A stretch of DNA of 58,862 nucleotides from Nemertoderma westbladi (taxonomy: Eukaryota; Animalia; Xenacoelomorpha), in NCBI GenBank assembly GCA_032718475.1, contig JAUCBJ010003057.1, positions 1 through 58,862 on the forward strand. Reading direction: 5' to 3'. This document shows positions 1-10,547 of the stretch, piece after piece. The notes under the pieces are model-generated. The model saw nothing but the letters and a program-made list of their open reading frames with translations. It was not told the DNA's origin and ran no database searches. The first letter of the stretch is position 1; each line of letters begins with the position of its first letter. Both the position numbers and the translations under genes were made by a program.

Positions 1-404
1 CTGCGTTTATCCGGCTCTTCAACATCTGCACTTTCGAGTCGGTTTCGAATAGAATTTTCGTGTTCGAGTCTCAGTTTATCGTTCCGCTTCCGCTGGGTAT
101 GATATTTAAATAAAACCATTTCCCTTTTGGTGTCTATATCGTTCGTATCGTGTAGGTCGATAGGATGACCAGTAGTTAAGAAGTCCATATACGTACCATT
201 ACGATGCGTATAGCGAGCGGTGAATTTTCTACAGTCCAACCCACGCGCAAGTTGCTTCCGGGACATTGGCGGTTAGATATAACGACCATCGTCCTCCGTA
301 GTAGTTGGACCAGCGTCGCCGCGTATCAAGCTATCAACAAACGCTTGTAAAGGTAGAGTATATCGCTCCCTGATACCAAGATCATCTTCTATCAACTCAA
401 TCAT
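1..404 (-). pseudogene. Unknown ORF running off the left window edge, one in-frame stop (MIELIEDDLGIRERYTLP...DDGRYI*PPMSRKQLARGLDCRKF...ADVEEPDKR>)
   Basis: Manual translation: ATG at 404, in-frame TAA at 273-275, second in-frame ATG at 266, then open to position 1. Not in the ORF track because it has no stop inside the window. No recognisable motif. Confidence 0.4.
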
Positions 405-1233
405 ATCTGCTATATAAGTTTATCCATATTATAATGAGTTTATATTTAGGCGAGCGGGCGTCGCTGCCTACCCCTCTCTGCCCCCGGACAGTGCGAGATC
501 CTCAGCGCTGGTGTACTTTCGCCGATGTGCCTATCGCCAACGTCGTAGCTGCACAACGACTACAACAACCAGCACGAGTCACTCCACCGTCCGTCCCAAA
601 GGCTTAGATATACTTCAGGTTCTTACTGGAGAGTTAGGGCTACTTTCACAATTGCGACTCGCTACTGTAAACACACCTTAGTAGTAACATTCACCTACAA
701 ACGCACAAATTCCACGTAACTGTCACAAATTGTACACATTCTATCACACATTCGGGTCATTTGTCCGTTAGTCAAGTGCCTTCCAGAATGTCACGTTGTT
801 ATTATGTATCCTTGGATACTAGCGGTGTGCTATTTATTCCGTATGCTATTCAATGAGCAAGCTTTTTATTGTTCTTTTAACTCACTTCTAATTCTAGCGT
901 GGTTGTTGCCATGGTGACATTATGGAAAGCTAGCGGTAGAATTAGGGTAATTCCCATGCATACAGATCTGGGATGCTATTTAATAGTAAGTCTTTAATGG
1001 TCAATATCATCTTTATATATGATTTTATGAATTTTATCGGCTATTGACTCTATATTGGAGATTCTCGCACACTAATACACTTAAGAGGTGAATCTCCGCT
1101 CCCATGATCTATTAATTAATGGAATTTTGGGAATATTATAAATTGTATAAAATAACAATTTATCAAATTCATTAAAAGATGAATTTAAATTTATTCCCGT
1201 AATTTTATTATTTAATATTAAATAAACACAATT

Positions 1234-1525
1234 TTATTCCAGAACAAGTCTGGGACTGGGATCCTTGATTCTAGGGATTTGTCCTTTTAAGAGTATCGGT
1301 AAGTGCTACGATATCTTAATCGACTAGAATTTTAAAGGATCTGAAATTTGACAGATTTTATAAATATTAATAATTAATATTTAGGATGGGCACCAGTTTA
1401 TTCCAGAACTTGTCTGGGGACGTTAACCACTGATTCTAGAATTTTGTCTTTCAAGTATATCGGTGGGTGCCGCGATATCTTAATCGACTAGAATTACAGA
1501 TGGTCAAAGGGTTTAACAGATTTAT
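1234..1525. repeat. Imperfect direct duplication (~130 bp similar, offset ~165 bp)
   Basis: tttattccagaac...tgattctag...gtatcggt...gatatcttaatcgactagaatt occurs at ~1234-1360 and ~1398-1525. Confidence 0.8.
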
Positions 1526-2234
1526 TTTGCGTTTTACGCTACTGTTAAAGGGACATCACGCTACTATATGTATTATTTAATATACGGTATGAGAGCAATA
1601 TCGCACGAAGCAATGTCAGTGAGAAGAGGCAAGTCGTTTCCAAGGTCTACCCAGAGCTTGGTTTAGCCGAGACACGAGGATCTGAACTTTGCATTCCTAA
1701 TACTCTGCCTACCAATAATACTTAAATATAGTAGTGAGCTTTATTGTACTTTAATAAGTACGGACATTTCATCTTACTGTAGTCACGTATTTATAATATG
1801 ATACGGACAGTAAGGAAAGAGAAAAATAATTATTTCTCGCCGTCGCACTAAATATATAATATACAGTAATTAACGTAATAAACGCGAATATATTGCACTA
1901 ATCTACTAAATAATCGCTAAAATAACATTCTACTAAATAAAATTAAAGAAAACGATTATAATAAAATTACATAATAATACATACATAATATAAAATAATA
2001 AAAACAAATATAAATAATATAGTCACACACCCGCTCCATATGTTGTTACGTTATGGAGTCCCTAGATATTTGTCGGATTAGGGAGGTGGTCGTGGGAAGA
2101 GTATCTTGCCTTCCATAGTTTCCGGACAGTTTTCGGTCTCTTTCCAGTAAACATAAACGACCAGCTGGGCGATTGAGTGGTTGTGTTACTTTCTCCGCTC
2201 CCTTGGCCTGTCTAATCTTAGCCGGGGTAAGATG

Positions 2235-2395
2235 AGGAGGCCATTCATCTTCTTTACTTAGGAAGTCGGGTCCACCTAACCACGTCTGGAGTATCTGTCA
2301 GTTCTTGAGGAGTTGCTCCTCTGGAAGCGATGTCGGCTAGATTGATCGTCTCGGGGCAATGTCTCCATTGATCTACATTGGAGTTGATGTCGTCA
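2235..2395 (-). pseudogene. Remnant of the C-terminal end of the BEL/Pao RNase H region
   Basis: QWRHCPETINLADIASRGATPQEL matches the BEL motif WRHVP..NPAD.ASRG; after frameshifts it reads WLGGPDFL...EEWP (W..GP.FL....WP motif). Confidence 0.85.
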
Positions 2396-2419
2396 TTATC
2401 TGAGGAGTATGGTGTTCCC

Positions 2420-5400
2420 TCAGTTGGGTCGTCTAACTTCACTGCTCTCCACTTCCCGTTCTCTCACTTGACATACCTGGTCTTTCGGTAATCTTTCCAT
2501 GAGAGTTCTACGGGAAGGGCCAGTAAAGTACCAACCCACTCTAGTTCTTCCCGCATAGAGCTTGTAGTGGTTGCGGTTGAGCAGGCCGTTTCTCCAATGT
2601 CTCGAGCGCTTCATGCGCATTTTGACCGATGAGTATTTGGACTCCAGGGTAATCGGGGTTGAATCTAGGTATTCCAAACTGCTGGGTGAAATCGTCCTCA
2701 TCCCAGTTATAAGGTTCCACTTGGCTGGTCGCGAAGTTCTTTATCGCTACCATTTTTACTGACCTTATGCTGTGTTCTCCTAGTTCATCCTGGGGGGTGG
2801 ACAACGCGCCTACATAATAATCCGCTATTACGGTAGATTTCCAAACCTGCATAATTCCTGACATGTTTAGCTTAGTTCGGAACTTGGGTTGTCCAGCAAA
2901 GATGTCTTCGGCTAGTTCTTTGTCGATGAATGTTCCTGTGCTACCGGAGTCAAGGAGGGCGTTCACTACATAACTCCTTTTAGGTCCGTGGACCCTTACC
3001 TGTACTACAGGAAATTCTCGGATTCCTACATTGGAAGGTGGCGCTTTCCAAGATGGTTGTCGATCAGAAGTAGTTAGGGTGAGGTCGCTGTCTGTGTCCT
3101 TTTCATACGTAAGTGCTCGATACACTGCGGTATTTGTCAGGTAACAGGATTCGTTTTCGTCGGAGAATTCGTCCGTATAGAATCCTTCCATCTCAGAATA
3201 TTGGTCAGTGTCGTTCACATCACTGAATTGGACATGTAGTTCGGACTCACTTACCTGACTTGGGCTGTTTCGTTCGAATTCCGTGTGCAACAAGATATGA
3301 TGTTTTGCGCCGCACTTTGCACACCTTGAGTCGGAGTAACAGGTTCGCCGTTGGTGTCCTCGTCTGAGGCAATTATAACACAACCGCTTATCCCACATGA
3401 CTTCACGTCTATCCTTTAATGATTTCTTTAGGAATTTATCACACATATTCAAACGGTGGGGCCCGTCGCACAGCACACATTTTGGTTTGATGTTACTTAC
3501 CTTACTTTGAGTAACGTTGTGCACACTCGTTCTTTCTTCGGGCTTTCTCACCTGAATTCTCTTAGGAGACGTAGGAGGAGTTTTTCTTACCTGTTCTCTC
3601 CTGTCATTGGTTCGAGACTTGAATTTACTTACCTGATCTTTAGGCATTTTATTGACATAATAAGATCTTTCAGTGTCTTTCCCGCTATCCTCCCCTTGAG
3701 AAGTCTGGCTTTCGCCGTCGTCTGTATAACACACTGGTGTTACCTTTCTCCTGGAGACGGGTTTCTCACTTACCTTGTTTTCCGGTGTCTTCTCTCTGGA
3801 CTGCTTTATGAGCTGTAATTTCACTTCGCCATCCAAGAATGACATGAGATCAGCCATGGTAGGGTCTCTTTGTTGTTGTTCCATCATATATAACACTTTC
3901 TTATCTCAGCGTGTACCTACTCCACCCTTCGGTAAAGTAGAAGCCACGGCTCCAATAACCATAGAACTCTGATATTCATGAGACTTACCTAACCAATCTA
4001 ATTGTCTACAGATCTCTTGAATCTCATCGGAAAACTCTATTATCCCGCTGCTAATGAACTTTCGGGGCGCTACTAATTTTGCATACAAATATTTAGCTAT
4101 GTTATTCCTATTACCATACCTGATGTTTAGTGTATCCGAAACTTGTCTTAATCCGTCTGGATGTCCAATAAACTTTAACGCCATTAACTTGGGAGATCCT
4201 TCCAAGCACTCGATGAGGAATCTAAGTTTCTCTCCATTAGATAGTACAGAGTTCTGTATGTTATCTTTATAATATTCATTAAAAGGTAACCATTTCATCT
4301 CATCTCCATTGAACTTGACTATCTCTCCCACCTTTACCGCTTGCCGGGCTTCGGTTCTAGCCATTTGACGCGTAAAACTTTCTTGGGCCATCGTGTTATT
4401 TAATATCGAGTTATCGGTATATAAATTTCTCGGATTATGATCAGGTCTATAGGGAATATCATTATCAACAGGTCTATAATTACCCTTAATAGGGTTCACT
4501 ATAGGAGTTTCTACTTCGCTAGCAGTATAGATGCGTGTAGGCTCCACACCTTGCGCATGAGATACTTCAGACCTAACAGGATGACACATCGTTACCGAGG
4601 GTGGTGGTATACCCGTTTGTGTATTTACTAATTTATCGCGTTCTAATGCGATACTTTGCTGCACTTCTTGCAACTCTAACCTACTTTCCCTTACTGTGCC
4701 CTTGAATTGCTGAACGGTCTCCTGCATCTGCCCGAGCAGGAGATCCATCCCCCGTCGTCTCTCATCCACCCATTCGACCGCCGAAGCGGGAGTCGCCAAC
4801 GTTGTAGCGGGCGGACGAGGGACAACGGGCGACAAATCATGAATATTTCGCTCGGAGTCCAGGACATGAACTGTCTCATGGGCTGTTCTGCTGGGCACAG
4901 GTAGCTTGGTGCTGTGCAGAGGGGATTTAGAGGTAGGTTCAGGGAGCACAGGTGTCTCTATCACCGAAGGGGTGATTTCAAGAACAGGCCAAATTATTTC
5001 AGGCTCATCTACTATAGTAGGGAGTCTTTCTATTTTAATTATTGGGTCTGTGGGTTCTGTACTACCTAAGTTTGTGTTATTTAGTTGCCTTCTAACAGCT
5101 GGAGGCAAATCAGGCAATTTCTGACGGTGGGATGTTCTTCTATGTCTGCTTAGACGAGACCTATTTCCTTTGCCTTCAGTATCGGTGGTGTCGCCTTCCT
5201 CAGATGATGTATATCCCTGTCTTTTGGGAGTAGATCGATTCATCATCTGCATATTACTAGCTGCTAACTGTTTATTTATGCAGTCTTGATTCTCCTGAAT
5301 GTTTTCCAATTCTAATTGGGTGGTTTCTTCAGCCGCTCTCCGTTCTGCTTCTGCCACTGCCTCTGCCGCTGCTACTGCCGCTTTTCTTTCCGCTTCTGCC

Positions 5401-6176
5401 GCTGCTGCTTTTCTTTCCGCCTCTGCCTCTGCCGCTGCTACTGCCGCCTTTCTTTCTGCTTCTGCAGCTGCCACTGCTGCTGCCACTGCCGCTGCCTTTC
5501 TGTCTTCTATACGTTTTATCTTCACTTGTTCTTCTTGGACTCTAGTGATGCGGAGGCATTCATCAAATTTAGCCTGGTTCGCAGCCAACATTCTTGTATC
5601 GATTGCGTCCAGCACAAGCTTGGTTCCTTCACTATTAGGGCTAAGCCCCTCCAGCCTTCTCCTCAACTCTTCATCTCCTACAAAGCGTTGATAGTCTGAC
5701 AGATAGATGTCAATAGCATCCCTCTTATGCGGTTTCTCTGCTGTCACTTCGCTTTCTTCTTGAGAAGAAGTGGCGTCGGTTGATTCTTCATAGGTTGGCC
5801 GCTCATCATAAACCTTATCCGCCATCTTCGCTCCGCGTTCGGGCGTCCGCTCAACAGTATCCGAACTACTGGAGCTATCGGGCCGTTGAGAAGTAAGTTC
5901 TTGGCTCGCGGGTTGTTGCGGTTCCGCTGCTTCTTGGTCCCGCTTGACCTGAGCTCGAGTGCCTATGATAGACCTACGATGTTGGACTAGCCTAGGGTCT
6001 GATACTACTACTTGAGGGATGATCTTTCGCACAGTAGGAGGGGACTTAGACTTTGGTCTGGGATGTTCCATACTTTGATCTTGGTCACAGATCCTTTTAA
6101 GACGCTGTCTAAGTCTAATACTCATTCTAACACCCTCTAAGAGACTATCTGACAATGTTTGTGTTGTGTCAGACAT
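2420..6176 (-). pseudogene. gag-pro: BEL/Pao Gag-aspartic protease polyprotein (~1,250 codons), disrupted by TGA at 3906-3908 and a frameshift near 2555-2570
   Basis: ORFs 3906-6176 and 2541-3896 are in the same frame, separated by one TGA plus 3 codons. DUF1759-like IVKFNGDEMKWLPF...SNGEKLRFLIECLEG; PTMADLMSFL; knuckles CVLCDGPHRLNMC, CYNCLRRGHQRRTC, CAKCGAKHHILLH; protease ALLDSGSTGTFI and ILIG; YAGRTRVGWYFTGP continues in the shifted frame (ORF 2420-2701). Confidence 0.9.
5330..5500 (-). repeat. Coding Ala/Glu/Arg/Lys repeat (AEAERKAAVAAA-like) in the Gag N-terminal extension
   Basis: Translation RKAAAVAAAVAAAEAERKAAVAAAEAEAERKAAAAEAERKAAVAAAEAVAEAERRAAEE; gct/gcc-rich DNA. Confidence 0.85.
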
Positions 6177-6294
6177 GTTTAATTGTACAGTTGAATGCCT
6201 ACTGCTATGTTACAGTTAAAGCAAATCTAGTAATTCCGTATCAACTGTTAGCCTAGTAATTAATTACCGATACTGCTACTCAGTGTAGCGTGAT

Positions 6295-6560
6295 ATATAT
6301 ATAATATATTAGAATACCGGTATGCTTATAGTATATATAAATTTTATTACAGACTAGGTTTGTCACAGAATACCGGTAGGTAATTTTAGCACAAATATAT
6401 ATAAATATATAATAGGCCTATCGTGGATACCGGTATGCAGTTTACACTTATAGTATATATAAGTATAATTATTAACTAGAATTAATTACAGAATACCGGT
6501 ATAATTTCAGCCTAAATTTATAAATAAATATAATAAGCCTATTGTAAATACCGGTATGTC
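6295..6560. repeat. Imperfect AT-rich ~55-60/120-bp repeats in the BEL leader, each with ataccggta
   Basis: ataccggta recurs at ~6314, 6370, 6427, 6493 and 6548, with similar flanks (cttatagtatatataa; acagaataccggta). Confidence 0.7.
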
Positions 6561-7525
6561 AATTATTTTAGAATAATTGAATTTCTGAATTTTAAGGGTT
6601 ACTTGGTTACTTTAACTTACTTTATTACCGTTATTTAAGCAGTAGTCCAACTGATATTGAGACCTAATTGTTGTATGGAAGGCCTACTATTTATAAATCG
6701 TTTGAGTTGATTTATAATATATATATATACCCGTTTAATGGGTTTTGTCAATATTTGAAATAAATGTTATTATTTCTGGGGGAGTCACTACACAGAAGCT
6801 GTGCGCTCTCAGTGAAGTGCTACTTGTGGGACACTAAAACAAATAATTCTAATTTAACTAAGTTACTTAATACTACAAATTACGTACAATTCTGGTTGAG
6901 ATTACAATCTCTAAATAAACACAAAAATTTAATTACAAATACACAAATACGAATTTTTAGGGTAATTTTACAAGAAGTCTACTAACCAGCCTAACAAAGG
7001 GTTAGAATATCTGGTTATTACAACGGACAGGTTACTACGGTATTTGAAAATAATAAGTAGTAGTAAATATACTGCGTTGTCCAGATAGGAAAATACCACC
7101 GTCTGACGACCTATAGCCGTATCGCTATAGGTACTACGTTATGTATCACTGAGTGTTCCTACCCAGAAGTTAATTACCGCGGTCTACCAGAACCAACGTG
7201 ACTATTAACCACTTTACAACACAAATATACTGGCCACACACTAATTACTTTCGGAAAGCACTGTACACTAAACCCTAAATTAGGTACAAGTACTTGTACA
7301 ACAAATAATCAGTAGTTAAAAATACTTGAACAGCTAAAAGAACCACGGTATCTGCCGGAGTGACCAAAGCATAAAATCTCCAGTCTTTACCTACGCCGAG
7401 CAGCCCTGATGTAGTACCGGGGTTAGTTTAACTATAACGGTATGTATAACAAGCACAATTACTGTAGGAATAAACTTGGGGATATGAATGTTGCGAATAA
7501 TCGCATAAACTCTGAATAATAAATA

Positions 7526-8094
7526 TTACGCTACGCGTACAAACTACTCAAACAAAATGCAGACCAAATACTGACAGACTACTATCAAGCCTAAACAAAC
7601 TACGGTATATGCAGACTCCGAAATGGTTAGTTAGTATGCGTTCTAACCTAGTAGTACGACTTATTCTTTCACAGGGGGTTTACCTCACAGCACTGGAAGC
7701 CCCTACGTTCCCAACTGGCACTTTATCGGACAGACGCTCTACACACACCGAAATTTCCTCAGACCCAACAACAGCCAGACAACTATCCAGCCTACAAATT
7801 ATCTAAATAAGAATTATACGCTACCCGTACAGACTACACAAACAAAGTACAGACCAAACGCTGGCAGACTACTATCAAGCCTAAATAAACTACAGTATAT
7901 GCAGACTCCGAAATGATTAGTTAGTATGCGTTCTAACCCAGTAGTACGACTTATTCTTTCACAGGGGGTTTACCTCACAGCACTTGAAGCCCCTACGTTC
8001 CTAACTAGCACTTTATCGGACAGATGCTCTACACACACTGCAATCCGTTCAGACTTAACAACGGTCAGACAACAGTCCAGCCTACAAATTATCT
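7526..8094. repeat. Tandem duplication of a ~290-bp unit in the BEL leader
   Basis: gcagactccgaaatg at 7611 and 7901 (offset 290); both copies end in ccagcctacaaattatct. Confidence 0.92.
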
Positions 8095-9001
8095 GTACAA
8101 TCTGAGCAGGCTTACACGCCTTCTGCTCAATCTTAACCTACAAATAAATAAAACCGACAGAAATAAGAAAACTATACAAAGGAATGAGGGGTGATCAATC
8201 CCTAATCCCCTAGCAGCCTACAATATACAATATCACAATCGAAATAGTACTGCTGTACCCGTACTGTAAGTAAGTACCGGTCCGGATGATCAGGCAGTCA
8301 GGCCTACTGGTTACCGGTCGACCGGTACTATCAACTTGATTGCTTACGCCGCAATCAAGAAGCTAATAACTGTTACTGTTCTTACCAGAACAATATTAAA
8401 CTGTATTTATTGCCTACACTGCACACTGCAATCAAGAATTTTACAAACTGTTATTGTTCGCGCTTTTAAGACCTTTGGCAGTTTAACCCGCCAAATCTAT
8501 ATGTCTTCTAGGTTATAAATCTACTCCAGCCTATGACAAGTATTGAACACCTATAATAATTCTAACATTAGCCAAAGCCAGTCTGTGCGCGACCATTCAC
8601 CCGCTGGATATACCCGGGAGACTGGATTTGGATGCTTTAATTTGATTGCGGTGCAGGCCTACCGCACTATTCGATTGATCGTTAATATATAATCTCTGAC
8701 GAATATTATTCACTTTCGGGAAATATTAGCAGTTCCTTTAGGACGCGGCGCTCCATCTATTTAAACAGAGCTATGACTTACACTATACACAACAGTATGT
8801 CTTATAGATCACCAAAGTGCATTCTTTAGGAAATGCTTTGTTACTCGGTCAAGCACACACAGACTATTGCACACAATTGCACACTGAATTGCCGATATTC
8901 ACTGATTTTAATCATATATAAAGAGAATAACAACCGACATTTGTAGGGCCTATTAAGTAGCATTGAACTCATTACAAACCACGATAATGTATGTCGCAAA
9001 T

Positions 9002-9620
9002 TGTTATATGTAACCTGTCTCTCTAACCTTAGTGTATCAAGAAGATTGGGGTTTTTGATCGTTTATCAATATTCTCCAATTAATAATATGCAAACGAATG
9101 ATACAATTAACAACACAGTAAATAGCAGTAAATAATGCAAGTGTACTTAACCAAGATAACAGTTTGATGATCTTATAATTAAAGACGCTCTAATGTTAGA
9201 AAACATTCCACGGCCGGTGTTCTTAGGCGTGGGGGAAACGTCAGTACTGAATCATGGGATTCTGCTGTACAGCTTTTACACAAAGGGAAAATCTCTGATT
9301 GGTCGAACTGACGTGGACACAGCTGATAGATGTCGTCATTTGAGCTGAGCAGAACAAAGAACCAAGGCTCCGTGCAGAGGCTCCACGTGTACAGCTCAGC
9401 TATTAGCTGTCGTCATAGTAACTACACTGTTCAAGAGTATTTCGGCTTTTGCGTCATAGAATTGCGGATTATGTCCGCTAAAGTACACATACAGAAGAAA
9501 TTACTTTTATGTCCTCTAAAACACCAGTACAGTAAGGACACGGCCTTTTTATGCCTGGTAAACCAACTACAGAGTACTTTACGGGGAAAATGACCGGCTA
9601 ATTACGCAAAAGCCTTTACA
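9002..9620 (-). mobile_element. Candidate LTR (TG...CA), possibly the 5' LTR of the BEL element
   Basis: Minus strand starts TGTAAAGG (9620) and ends GGTTACATATAACA (9002), with CCAAT (~9298-9302) about 20 bp before a TATA-like TGTAAAAG (~9273-9280). No second copy in the window, no clean PBS and no TSD. Confidence 0.35.
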
Positions 9621-9638
9621 AAGGGGGTGGGATACCTC

Positions 9639-10147
9639 CTGGTAGGATGTGAGGGGGGGGGTGCCTCTACAACAACCTGGTGGTAGGATGTGAGGGGTGG
9701 GGTACCTCTACAACAACCTGGTGGTAGGATGTGAGGGGTGGGGTACCTCTACAACAACCTGGTGGAAGGATGTGAGGGGTGGGGTACCTCTACAACAACC
9801 TGGTGGTAGGATGTGAGGGTGGGGTACCTCTACAACAACCTGGTGGTAGGATGTGAGGGGTGGGGTACCTCTACAACAACCTGGTGGTAGGATGTGAGGG
9901 GTGGGGTACCTCTACAACAACCTGGTGGTAGGATGTGAGGGTGGGGTACCTCTACAACAACCTGGTGGTAGGATGTGAGGGGTGGGGTGCCTCTACAACA
10001 ACCTGGTGGTAGGATGTGAGGGGTGGGGTACCTCTACAACAACCTGGTGGTAGGATGTGAGGGGTGGGGTACCTCTAAAACAACCTGGTGGTAGGATGTG
10101 AGGGTGGGGTACCTCTACAACAACCTGGTGGTAGGATGTGAGGGGTT
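9639..10147. repeat. G-rich 41-bp minisatellite, ~12 copies
   Basis: Unit ggtggtaggatgtgaggggtggggtacctctacaacaacct (40-bp variants have one G fewer). Confidence 0.97.
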
Positions 10148-10359
10148 TGGGCGAAATTGTCTACATATCCTGTTTTCACCGGCATTAGGTCAAGTAAAGT
10201 CACGTCAATTACTGTAATGAAATTTAAATACCTTAACAGATCATAACTAAAATATCTTAGATTGTAATCTTACGATTAGGGCAATGTTCGTTTTTTCTTA
10301 GGATTAAGATCTGACCAACAATAAAACACAAACCAGTAGCCCTTCAGATCACTAATTAA

Positions 10360-10505
10360 ATTACCTGTGATTGGCTAGCAGTTTAGCAATATTGACTGTG
10401 TGTTCCGATGGTGTTGCCATAGCAACTTTATGAAGCAGAGTTTTCCCATCCATAGGATGGCGCTGTAGTGGATTATACAGCACGGCCTGTGATTGGTTAC
10501 AGCTG
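10360..10505. promoter_or_regulatory. Motif cluster: RFX X-box, two CCAAT boxes, YY1-like site
   Basis: gttgccatagcaac at 10413-10426; ctgtgattgg at ~10365 and ~10487; gatggcgc at ~10456. Motif match only. Confidence 0.35.
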
Positions 10506-10547
10506 CTACGAACGTTGTAATTAAGCATATATTCTAGTAGTCGAATG

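Larger units (their letters stand above)
2050..9620 (-). mobile_element. BEL/Pao LTR retrotransposon, internally deleted (non-autonomous) derivative; boundaries approximate
   Basis: BEL-type Gag, three Cys/His knuckles, LLDSGS protease, post-protease TRVGW motif and RNase H tail are collinear on the minus strand; no RT YxDD or integrase motifs seen. Confidence 0.85.

Noticed and set aside
3897-3908. Programmed stop-codon readthrough between two BEL ORFs
   Set aside because: The TGA falls inside Gag where BEL proteins usually have Trp (LP......W), so a TGG>TGA mutation is simpler; BEL elements normally have one ORF.
5299-5699. Plus-strand Ala-rich and Cys-rich ORFs (also the overlapping ORFs at 46551-48517 and 41401-42079)
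   Set aside because: Antisense or alternative-frame shadows of real coding or GC-rich sequence.
8975-9001. Primer-binding site next to the candidate LTR
   Set aside because: It reads ATTTGCGAC rather than TGG..., and I cannot match it to a tRNA 3' end.
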